The notes under the pieces: generated by a model
The model's input: the letters and a program-made list of their open reading frames with translations, nothing else
Databases searched by the model: none
Told to the model about the DNA's origin: nothing
Part shown: positions 12,501 to 23,121 of the stretch, piece by piece
Layout: each line of letters begins with the position of its first letter
How positions within the stretch are numbered: the first letter of the stretch is position 1
Assembly (NCBI RefSeq): GCF_963921235.1
Contig: NC_086102.1
Span: forward strand, 137,020,001-137,084,000
Length of the DNA: 64,000 nucleotides
Source of the DNA: Mobula hypostoma
Lineage: Eukaryota
Direction: 5' to 3'
Position numbers and translations under genes: made by a program

Positions 12501-14967
12501 TTGGTCAATGAGGAATGAGGTGAAACTCAGATGGTGAATCTTTGGAATTCTCTACCCTGGAAAGCTGGGGAGCCTCATTCGCAAGTTCATCCAAAACAGG
12601 GTTGATGAATTGTTCGATTTTAAGGGAATCAGGGCTTACAGTGTTACGACAGGAAAATTGCTTTGAGGTAGAAGCTAATATTCAATATCCTCGCTGTCCT
12701 CTTTCACCCATTGTCTAGAACAGGCCTAGAATGAAGTAAGATCCTCAGACTCTATTCTGACAGATCAATCTAGGTTTCATATCTTATTGAGAAACCGGAT
12801 ATCAAATCCCAAATTAAACTTACGTTTGAAGATATTTCCAGTGAAGTTTCCTCTGAACTGCTTTTCACCTGTATAAAAACATGTACATGTATATCATTAG
12901 TACAAGGTATATTTAGTAAATCTAAAACAAATAATAGACCAGAATGTTGAATTATCAACGGAGAGTTATTAATCCTAACATTTCTGAATGATAATTCAAT
13001 GAATTAGTGTTAGATTGCAGAAGCTTCAATAAAAATTATCTCTATACTACACTGATGTACAAAAAAAATGTCAGGAGCAGAATGAATGGATATTCCTATA
13101 ACAGTTGCTGTAGGCATCATTGCCATCTGTTTTATTGAATCCATGGAAGGATTGGTACTTCATGAATCTCAGTGATGAGAGTTTGTCAGACACTTCTCCT
13201 GTAGTCCTGTTCTGCTGATGCTCAGCTCATCTTCAGTAGAGAACAAACCCATCATGCACTGAAATCTAATATTAGGATTCCCTCCCTACACATCAGACAA
13301 CAAAAAAAATCTGATAAATTACTGATTAATACTCACATCTGAGGTTTCCTCAAATGATTTTTCTTTTGATTTGCTTTGTGCCTGTAAGATAAAGATACTT
13401 ATTTTCAGATCTTCAGCATACATAAACAATGAAATCTTCAGTAAACAATCTTCTGTTAGAAATTCCATTGCCCTGAATTGTATGAATGCAGTTACCTCGA
13501 TACTGTTTTCATTTGATTCTGTTGAGTCACTCTCGCTGTCAACCGTCGTCAGACCGTCACACTCCACATCAACGTCAGCTACCTTATCAGCAAAAAATTC
13601 CACATGGCTTTTGCAGAACCCTTTCTCCTGTTAGAATGAAGCAGAATGTAAGGAAATTATTTATGATTCCAAGCAAGACACAAAATCAAAATGATTATGC
13701 TCTAACTTAATTCTTAGCCTTTACTTTGATATAACCACATATGTATGGCCATTTCTATCAAACAGGTTGTAATTAAAGTTTGTATTTTGTTGCTAATACA
13801 TACACGGACTTGCATGATCTAAGATATAACTCTGGACTCACCGCAATGTTTTTATGGCGGAAAGAGCAACTGGGATCATCAAATTCCTGTCCAGAATTCT
13901 TGGAGCAGACAGTTTCTTTCACGGAGAATGTTAAATCCACACTGTAGGACAGTTTACCCGTACGATATGTCTTAAGAAAGGGAAAAGGATAATTGGTGAA
14001 TTATTACTTCTGGTGTTTTTCCACTGGTCTGATAAAACTCAGAGTTACAGAGGCTTTAATTCCAGCAAATGGTTACAGTGGTAGCGTCTGAGCAGTCAAC
14101 CAAAATGAACAGGAGGATGACTTTGCCCAGTGGTAAAACTGTCACTTAAACCATCACAATAGGGATACTCAATTTTCATGAATCCATAATTATTGGAGGA
14201 AATTAACTAACAAATTTGGGAAACTTTCAGTGACTTCAAAATCAAAGATTGGCTGAACTTCCAAACTTAATTCCAAAGCTTTGGTCCAATCAAAGTTGCA
14301 CAACTCAAACACTGATGGAGAGTTAAAAAGCTGACCACTCTGTACACAATATAATATTCAGCTCCCGTTGAAGACTTAGATTCCATCTTATCTTAACATT
14401 TATCTCATACATTGAATTATGCAGCTTGAGGCCACTCAGCCCTTCAGGCATATACTGGCTCCCAGCTGACCCATCCCATCAATCCCACTCTCCCTCTCGT
14501 CAAATCCCCATAATGTTGCAACTTACTCTCTCTATCACAAACATCATCTCTCCTTTGATTTGTTTTTTGGTGTTAAACTACTCTTAGGGTAAGTTTAAGT
14601 AGACAGTTACCCTGCACTCAGACACATCAATAGTTTGTGAAACACAATCAGCCAAAGGCACACTTACATTTGTCACGCCTCTCCTGGAGATACCACAGAG
14701 GTTGGTGATCTCGGTGATTTCATTCAGCTTTATCACTGAGGCTCTCAGAGCTTCCTTGGTGCTTGGCACTCCTGTAGAGAGAGAGGGGAAGTCATACAAT
14801 ATGCATTCGAACAAACCTCTGTGAATTCTTCTCACACCTGGGTGAAATGTCGTTGCTTGAAGCTCAGTACCAACAACTTTCTGCTCTCTGATTTCCCACT
14901 CTCCCCAGTACTTACCTGAGCAGTAGAGGATCTGCACTGCAGCAATGGCAAGCAGGAAAGTTTTCAT
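9523..14967 (-). CDS. spp2: SPP2/SPP24-like secreted cystatin-domain phosphoprotein, copy A (10 coding exons, 224 aa, five 15-aa Ser/Glu mini-exon repeats)
   Basis: Hand-spliced exons, all AG/GT bounded and in frame: 14967-14916 MKTFLLAIAAVQILYCSG (signal peptide, phase 1); 14771-14668 VPSTKEALRASVIKLNEITEITNLCGISRRGVTN; 13970-13842 TYRTGKLSYSVDLTFSVKETVCSKNSGQEFDDPSCSFRHKNIA; 13627-13496 EKGFCKSHVEFFADKVADVDVECDGLTTVDSESDSTESNENSIE; 13381-13337 AQSKSKEKSFEETSD; 12868-12824 VKSSSEETSLEISSN; 12005-11961 EKDKSTESSLEDSAD; 11315-11271 VESKSNETSVEESSD; 9722-9678 MKSKSTELSSEEPSN; 9555-9523 EQNEDLRSHH*. From memory it resembles SPP24 (ALxASVxKxN, LxFSxxETxC, C-x17-C loop, then Ser-rich). The symbol denotes the family; orthology is untested. 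Confidence 0.88.
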
Positions 14968-15055
14968 TCTGGTTTGTGTGGAATCAGCTAGTTTCTCACA
15001 GTGAAGGAACTGCTTCTCTCTCTCTCGATCTGCCTTTACCACGCTGCCTTCAGTC

Positions 15056-15061
15056 TTTATA
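15056..15061 (-). promoter_or_regulatory. TATA box, copy A
   Basis: GGATATAAAG about 90 nt upstream of the ATG; conserved in all three copies. Confidence 0.75.
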
Positions 15062-15763
15062 TCCTGCACCTCCACCACATTCAAACACTAGCTCGTGTTT
15101 GCATTGCTTGCTGACCGTGGGCACCGGAACCAGATGAGAGGTGGGTCTAATTATGGGCAAGCTTCCTCCTAGTATCGTCATCATGTTTAGGTTTGGTGGG
15201 AAATTGAGTCAGTTCATGTTGCATTCCTTGGAATATGAAATAATAAATTTACAGAGGTGAAGAAACAATCTTCTCAAACTTGTACAAATTCAATTAACAC
15301 TTGCACTAAATTCCCTGATGATTTACCTACAGTGTACCAGGAATATGCTGGAAATACCAGCACACTGTTACAAGAAACCTTAGTGATAAATCCAAAGTAT
15401 GTTGAGAGAAGTCTTGTATGTTTTTCATGTTCTACCAACGTTTACAGTGATATTGATGACATTATTAGAGGTAAATGAGTTTTCTGAGCAGTTGGGAGAG
15501 TTTGTGTGATTGGATGATTGAAATATAGAAGGCAGAAAATAAAGAAATTAAAAGGGTTAACTCAACATTGTGGGCCAGAAGGCCTGTAATGTGCTCTAAT
15601 GTAATTTTGGAGACACAGTAGACTGCGGATGGTAGAAATCTAGACTACCATACAAAGGCATTGGAGAAACTCTGCAAGTCAGGCAGGATCTATGGTGGGA
15701 AATGGACAGGCAAGATTTTGGTTTAAGTCTCTCATCTGGGCTGGAAATAAAGAGGGGAGGTAG

Positions 15764-15994
15764 TGATGCACTATCAATAACTCCAAAAGCTTGGAAGTTG
15801 AGTAAGTACTGAAAGGCTTTTGTTAGCAGTAAAACGTGACCTCCACCATGCTGAGTATCTGTCCTGGACTGAGAGGAGGAGCAATGGCACAAACGCCTTT
15901 ATTCAGGGATCTGTGGGAGGAGCCACAGGAGCAGTCAGCAGAGGGGTGTGTCCAGACAGGTTACCTAGTTACAACATATATATGGTTTACCACA
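15764..15994. mobile_element. Solo LTR (231 bp) upstream of copy A
   Basis: TG...CA ends; 5-bp TSD GGTAG (15759-15763 and 15995-15999); empty site near 38962. Confidence 0.75.
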
Positions 15995-16789
15995 GGTAGT
16001 TAGTATAAAAGTGAAGAAAGTGATGGAGCAAGATTTGACAGCATAACACACTATAGCCTGGTTTATTCATTATTAGAAATATTTCATTCCTTTATTTTTT
16101 TTTGCTTTTTTTTATAGATCTTTACAAAGACAGTGCAATGAATGTTCTAATTGCTGCACATGAAGAAATTTCTCTAAATGTCACATCTGACATTCGGAAA
16201 GCAAAATACCCTCTGTTGCTGGAAATCTGAACTTCACTCTCACTCTCTTGGTGACAGGTTTAAATCAATGGCCCTCACAACCTGCTCTTTGTTGTTAGGA
16301 ATTGATCATTTCCATTGACCACAACAAATTTCTGAATTGTTCTATTAACTTTCTATTAAATTAATCCTTTTCTGTTCCAATGAAAATTGTCTTGAAATCT
16401 AAAATTTCCTAACTGCAGTCTCATATCATCCCTAATATGCCAGAAATTCTATCCTATCCACTTGCTGTGGGTTCAACATCCTTTCTCCCTCTCTGGCAGG
16501 TTGATTCCTTCGTATTGGCAGAGCCCAACACAGGATGTTATCAGAGCCAGTGACAGGTGGCTAGTTCAACAGGTTTATTGCTGTTAAGACCATTTCTTGG
16601 CATCATCAATCCAGCGCTTATGTGGTCACCAACCAGAAGGCAACATCAAGGGTGAAGTCTGAGAGAAGAACACAGACCCCAAAGAAACATCATTCTGCTC
16701 CATCATTAAGTTCTGATGTAAGGGCATTCTGTAACATTCAGCTACGATTGGCTTGTGTTCCACTGTGCATCTCTTAGCCCTGCTGTGAT

Positions 16790-17230
16790 TTTCCAGGCAT
16801 CGTTCCAGTAATGAAAACCTTAAATCATTCATCTTCAATGGGTTGAACTTGGAGCAAACATGTCAGTGTTTGGTTAATCTGATCTGTAAACAGAATGGTG
16901 ATTACACACAGTTGTGTATTTCTGAGCAGCACTGACCATTGAGATGACCCACTGTGCCGTGTGTGGGAGTACCAGTTCACTGATGCAGGGGCAGTGTGCA
17001 CACATTGGCCACGTCCAACATGGTTTTGTGGGAAGCTCATGAACTGATGGTCTCTTTATCTACCAGCCAAGTTTGTGTGGGATAAATTCCCCATTTCACT
17101 CTCAGGAATCCAGTTTGCTGATAAATAAATTAACAAACATGCTGATAAACAGTAATCAAGGATTATGAGTAATCCAGCACCCAGAAACTGAAGCATTCAC
17201 ACTGGAACAGGCAACAAGATGCTGCAAAGC
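16790..17230. promoter_or_regulatory. Conserved upstream block (candidate enhancer), copy A
   Basis: About 2 kb upstream of the TATA box; high identity to the paralogous blocks. Confidence 0.5.
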
Positions 17231-18940
17231 CCCAGTGCAGTCTCTGAGACAGTGATATAAGAATGTGTCGTTCTGTTCCATTCACTTAGTGTCAACAATA
17301 GCAATAGTGCAGTAAACACCTAATGTGTTGCTGGCCCTGTGTTCACATTTACCCCAGTATTAAAGCTCATAGATTTGAATCACAGGTCCTTGGGATAGTT
17401 TTGACCGTGGTCATACATTGATCTTCAATGTGCGGGGCATTTGCTCAAACCACTTTATGGCATTTTTGGGATTAGGAGATATGGCAAAATATTAAGTATT
17501 AACGTCAGCAGCTAACTGCTGCCACCAAGCTCCAGATCTGAATATGGACTGTAGATTAAACTTAAAATGCAGCTGTGGCCAATGGGTTTCAAAGAGCTGT
17601 GAACTGCAATTAATTAAAAAACCAGACTATGCTGATTTAACATTCATTTGGGTGTCTGTAGTGTGGGTACAAAGAAGGATGTGTGAACGATATATGCAAT
17701 TCAAAGGAAGTATTGTAGATACATCATAAATATAGAATTGTCCTTTGATCTTTAGCATATAAAATATCATGAAATGTTGGGTCGAGTAAATCTCTTCCTC
17801 CGAAAGGGTATCAACATGATGCCCTCTGTGTTTCATTTTGTTGAATAAAGACACTACTTCATATCCACCAGCTGCCTCTACACACATTGAGTTCATATTA
17901 TGGTAGCATTACTACAGATTAGTGTCTGAATAAAGGATCAACCCATTACAAAGATTTCGCTGCAATATGTTCTGATGACAGAAGCTAGTTAGTGACCCGA
18001 ATATGGGTACTTCACCCAGGGCTTTGTTTTTGGACTGTGTGTTGTTGACGGTGGTCATGAAAGCTGTGGTCAGGGTTCCTGGCTCCTGGGCTGCATACTG
18101 GTGTCAGAGTTCATGTGGGAGGAGAAGGGGAGAGTTAAAGAAAAAACACTAAATCAATTAGTGGAGGTAAACAGCTCAGGAAAAGGAAACAAGTCAACAT
18201 CTGCCTGGAAAACATGTGCCAATATTTGCATGAAAATATCAATCATATTTTGAACAGAATGAGGCTCTCATCTTTTCATCATAAAGACTTGCAAAATGTT
18301 TTAAAAGTAGGAAAATCTGAATCCAGTTATCTTGTGAGAAATCTATTTATCCCCAGTTTTTACAGGGCAGTACATTTAAGTTAACCCCTTTCATGCCAAA
18401 ATTCATTAGTTGTAGCCGGTGTTTCATCTTCATGTTGCTCATTGAAGCAAAGTTTCAGTCAATAACAAGGCCATAAGACCATAAGATATAGGAGCAGAAG
18501 TAGGCCATTTACCCCACTGAGTCTGCTCCATCATTCAATCATGAGCTGATCCAATTCTTCCAGTCATCCCCACTCCCCTGCCTTCTCCCCATACTCTTTG
18601 ATGCCCCGGCTAATCAAGAACCTATCTATCTCTGCCTTAAATACAAACGTTTGTACATCCAATGACTTGGCCTCCACAGCTGCTTGTGGCAACAAATTCC
18701 ACAGATTTACCACACTCTGACTAAAGTAATTTCTCTGCATCTCAGTTCTAAAAGGATGTCCTTCAATCCTGAAGTTGTGCACTCTTGTCCTAGAATCCCC
18801 TACCATGGGAAATAAATTTGCCATATCTAATCTGTTCAGGCCTTTTAACATTTGGAATTTTCTATGAGATCACTCCTCATTCTCCTGAACTCCAGAGAAT
18901 ACAGCTCAAGAGCTGCTAGACTTTCCTCATACAGTAACCC

Positions 18941-21900
18941 TGTAGCGATGTGCTACACACAGCGCTAGAATAACCACACGGAGTCGGTGAGTTGGAGTCG
19001 CGATGAAAGAGGTTTATTCAAACTTCGCGGCCCGCTTTAAAGCCTTCCTGTTCCCGTCCTTTTTGCTGCCGGCCCTCTGCCTGCGCGCGCTGTTTCGTGA
19101 GCCGGTTCGTGGGTGTCAGAAAGTGGATCGCCACATAACCCCCCCCCCAGAAACGGCGATACCTCCCCCAATGTCCACAGTCTGGATCGGCCTCTGTTTG
19201 GGAGGTCTGCCCCTGCGCCGCGGTGCCTGAGCCCGGACCGGTTGCGCCAAGTCCACATGGGCCGGTTTGAGTCGGTCCACCTTGAAAACCTCCTCTCTCC
19301 CCCCAATGTCCAGCACGAACGTGGACCTGTTGTTGCTGATCACCTTAAACGGCCCCTCGTAGGGCTGCTGTAGCGGTGCCCGGTGTCCGCCCCGTCGTAC
19401 AAAAAGAAACTTACAGTTCTGCAGGTCTTTGGGTACGCAGGTCGGGCTCTGTCCGTGCTGTGAAGTGGGTATGGGGGCCAGGTTACTGAGCCTCTCCCGT
19501 AGTCTGTCCAGGACTGCTGTGGGTTCTTCCTCTTGCCCCCTTGGGGCTGGTATGAACTCTCCTGGGACGACCAGGGGCGTGCCGTACACCAACTCGGCCG
19601 ACGAGGTGTGTAGATCCTCTTTGGGCGCCGTGCGGATTCCAAGCAGGACCCAGGGAAGTTCGTCCACCCAGTTAGGCCCCTCCAGGCGGGCCATGAGAGC
19701 CGATTTCAGGTGACGGTGGAAGCGCTCCACTAGTCCGTTCGACTGTGGGTGGTAGGCAGTTGTGTGGTGTAGCTGTGTTCCTAAAAGTCTGGCCATAGCC
19801 GACCACAGGCTGGAGGTGAACTGGGCGCCCCTGTCGGAGGTAATGTGGGCCGGTACCCAAGTTGCGATCAGTGCTCGGGCGCAGGATTCGGAGGTGGTGT
19901 CGCTGAGCGGGACTGCCTCTGGCCATCTGGTGAACCGGTCTATCATAGTTAGGAGGTACCGCGCTCCTCGTGACACTGGCAGGGGCCCCACGATATCTAC
20001 ATGGATGTGGTCGAACCTCCGGCGGGTGGGTTCGAACCGCTGCGGCGGAGCCTTGGTATGCCGCTGCACCTTGGCCGTTTGGCACTGCATACACGTTTTG
20101 GCCCATTCACTGACCTGTTTACGAAGTCCATGCCACACGAACCTGTTGGAGACCAGCCGGACAGTTGTCCTGATGGAGGGGTGCGCTAAGTTGTGAATGG
20201 ATTCGAACACCCGCCGGCGCCAGGCTGCTGGGACGACGGGGCGGGGTTGGCCAGTAGCTACGTCACATAGTAGGGTCCTCTCACCTGGGCCTACGGGGAG
20301 GTCTTGGAGCTGCAAACCGGAGACTGCAGTCCTGTAACTGGGGATCTCAGTGTCTCCCTGCTGTGCCTCTGCCAGCGCTGCATAGTCCACCCCCTGGGAC
20401 AGGGCCTGTATGGTAGGTCTGGAGAGTGCGCCTGCCACGACATTGTTCTTTCCAGAGACATGCCGGATGTCCGTCATGTACTCGGAGATGTAGGACAGAT
20501 GTCGCTGCTGGCGGGACGACCAGGGGTCGGACACCTTAGTGAACGCAAAGGTAAGCGGTTTGTGATCTGTGAACGCGGTGAAGGGCCTACCTTCTAAGAA
20601 GTACCTGAAATGCCGGATTGCCAGGTATAGTGCCAATAGCTCCCGGTCGAAAGCACTGTATTTGAGTTCGGGTGGTCGTAGGTGTTTGCTGAAGAACGCC
20701 AGGGGTTGCCAGCAACCCTCGATGAGTTGTTCCAGCACTCCACCGACTGCTGTGTTGGATGCGTCCACCGTGAGGGCAGTAGGAACGTCCGTTCTGGGGT
20801 GCACTAGCATCGCGGCGTTTGCCAAGGCTTCTTTGGTTTTAACGAAAGCGGTTGCGGCCTCTTCGTTCCAGGTAATGTCCTTGCCCTTACCCGACATTAG
20901 AGTGAACAAGGGGCGCATGGTTCGGGCTGCTGAGGGGAGGAAACGGTGGTAGAAATTCACCATACCCACGAATTCCTGCAAGCCTTTGATTGTGTTGGGT
21001 CGGGGGAAGTGGCGGACCGCGTCTACCTTGGCGGGCAGAGGGGTTGCCCCATCTTTAGTAATCCTGTGGCCCAGGAAGTCGATGGTGTCAAGTCCAAACT
21101 GGCATTTGGCTGGATTGATTGTAAGGCCGAATTCACTCAGGCGGGAGTAGAGCTGGCGGAGGTGGGACAGATGCTCCTGCCGACTACTGCTGGCTATGAG
21201 GATGTCGTCCAAATAGATGAATGCAAAGTCCAGGTCGCGTCCCTCCGCGTCCATTAGCCGCTGGAAAGTCTGTGCGGCGTTCTTTAGACCAAACGGCATT
21301 CAGAGGAATTCGAAAAGTCCGAACGGGGTGATAAGTGCTGTTTTGGGGATGTCGTCCGGATGTACAGGGATTTGATGGTATCCCCGGACGAGGTCTACCT
21401 TGGAAAAGATCCTTGCGCCGTGTAGGTTTGCTGCGAAGTCTTGAATGTGCGGCACAGGGTAGCGGTCTGGCGTCGTAGCCTCGTTCAGTCTGCGGTAGTC
21501 ACCGCATGGTCTCCAGCCCCCTGTTGCCTTGGGCACCATGTGAAGGGGGGAGGCCCATGGGCTGTCGGACCGTCGTATGATCCCTAATTCCTCCATCTTC
21601 TTGAACTCCTCCTTCGCCAGTCGGAGCTTGTCCGGGGGAAGCCTTCGAGCACGGGCGTGGAGGGGTGGTCCCTGGGTCGGGATGTGGTGCTGTACTCCGT
21701 GTCTGGGCATGGTTGCCGTGAACTGCACTGTCAGTACTGATGGGAAATCCGCCAGGACCCTGGTGAATTCATCGTCGGACAGCGTGATGGAGTCCAGGTG
21801 TGGGGCTGGCAACTGTGTTTCACCCAGGGAAAACGTTTGAAAAGTCTTGGCGTGGACTAATCGCTTCCCTTGCAAGTCGACCAGCAGGCTGTGGGCTCGT

Positions 21901-23121
21901 AGAAAATCTGCCCCCAGCAGTGGTTGGGCCACGGCGGCCAGTGTGAAGTCCCACGTGAACCGGCTGGAGCTGAACTGTAGCCGCACCATGCGGGTGCCGT
22001 AGGTTCGTATTGTGCTGCCATTAGCGGCCCTCAGGGTGGGTCCCGGTTCTCTGTTGCAGGTGTCGTAACTCATTGGAGGTAAGACGCTGATCTCCGCTCC
22101 GGTGTCGACCAAAAAGCGGCGTCCCGACTGCTTGTCCCAGACGTACAGGAGGCTGTCCTGAAGGCCAGCCGCCGTAGCGATCGGCAGCGGCTGGGCCTTG
22201 GTGTTTCCCGGGAATTTGCAGGGCTGTCTGCAGCGGCGGGCCTCCGTGCCCCACCGCTGGTGGTAGAAACACCATTGTTCGTTGGGCTCCTCACTCCCGT
22301 CGCCGGGTTTTGTAGGCTCTGCTGCCGGGCCCGGTCTGGTCTGTTGTTGGGCACGCGGCTTGATGATCTGTGCGACGGATGCCCCTCTATCTTTCCTGGC
22401 ATTCCACAGCACATCTGCTTGGGCCGCCACCTCCCGGGGTTTGCTGAAATCTGCGTCGGACAGCAGCAGGCATATGTCCTCGGGCAGTTGCTCTAGGAAC
22501 GCCTGCTCAAACATGAGGCAGGGTTTGTGTCCTTCAGCCAGGGCCAGCATCTCGTTCATTAATGCTGACGGCCGCCTGTCTCCCAAACCATCCAGGTGCA
22601 TTAAGCAGCGTGCTCGTTCGCGCCGTGAGAGTCCGAAAGTCCTTATGAGCAGGGCTTTGAATGCTGTGTATTTGCCGTCCTCCGGGGGCGACTGTATAAA
22701 CTCCTCAACTTGTGCAGCAGTCTCCTGGTCGAGGGAGCTCAGCACGTAGTAGTAGCGGGTGGAATCCGAGGTTATCTGCCGAATGTGGAATTGTGCTTCT
22801 GCTTGTTCGAACCATAAATGGGGTCGCAGCGTCCAAAAGCTTGGCAGTTTTAACGAAACTGCGTGAACAGATGCAGCATCGGTCATCTCTGGTCCAAATA
22901 TCGTTTGGGCCGTCAGGGTCACCAATTGTAGCGATGTGCTACACACAGCGCTAGAATAACCACGCGGAGTCGGTGAGTTGGAGTTGCGATGAAAGAGGTT
23001 TATTCAAACTTCACGGCCCGCTTTAAAGCCTTCCCGTTCCCGCCCTTTTTGCTGCCGGCCCTCTGCCTGCGCGCGCTGTTTCGTGAGCCGGTTCGTGGGT
23101 GTCAGAAAGTGGGTCGCCACA
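18941..23121 (-). mobile_element. Full-length Ty3/Gypsy LTR retrotransposon
   Basis: 195-bp LTRs at 18941-19135 and 22927-23121 (TG...CA, 6 transitions apart); 4-bp TSD ACCC; PBS TGGTGACCCTGACG (tRNA-Trp-like); G-rich PPT at 19136-19150. Confidence 0.96.
19116..22886 (-). pseudogene. Gypsy gag-pol (Gag-PR-RT-RNaseH-IN) with a single premature stop at 21300-21302
   Basis: LVDTGA protease, YLDD RT, TVDAS RNaseH, HHCC and DDE integrase, PYEGPF. FEFL*MPFG corresponds to the canonical FEFLRMPFG. Confidence 0.93.

Noticed and set aside
13496-14967. Cathelicidin (antimicrobial) interpretation of the cystatin-fold gene
   Set aside because: The C-terminus is acidic and Ser-rich rather than a cationic peptide, the signal peptide is on its own phase-1 exon, and there are 9-10 exons. 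SPP2 fits better, pending a profile search.
14584-15084. 166-aa ORF, and similar ORFs at 13319-13603, 35401-35649 and 36983-37198, as single-exon genes
   Set aside because: These are read-throughs across real exons and short introns; consensus splice sites define the true structure.
21297-21305. Programmed stop read-through in the Gypsy element
   Set aside because: The stop is in the middle of RT at a conserved Arg, not at the gag-pol boundary; CpG decay is the simpler explanation.
19340-22954. Many overlapping alternative-frame ORFs in the Gypsy element
   Set aside because: Expected shadows of GC-rich coding sequence.
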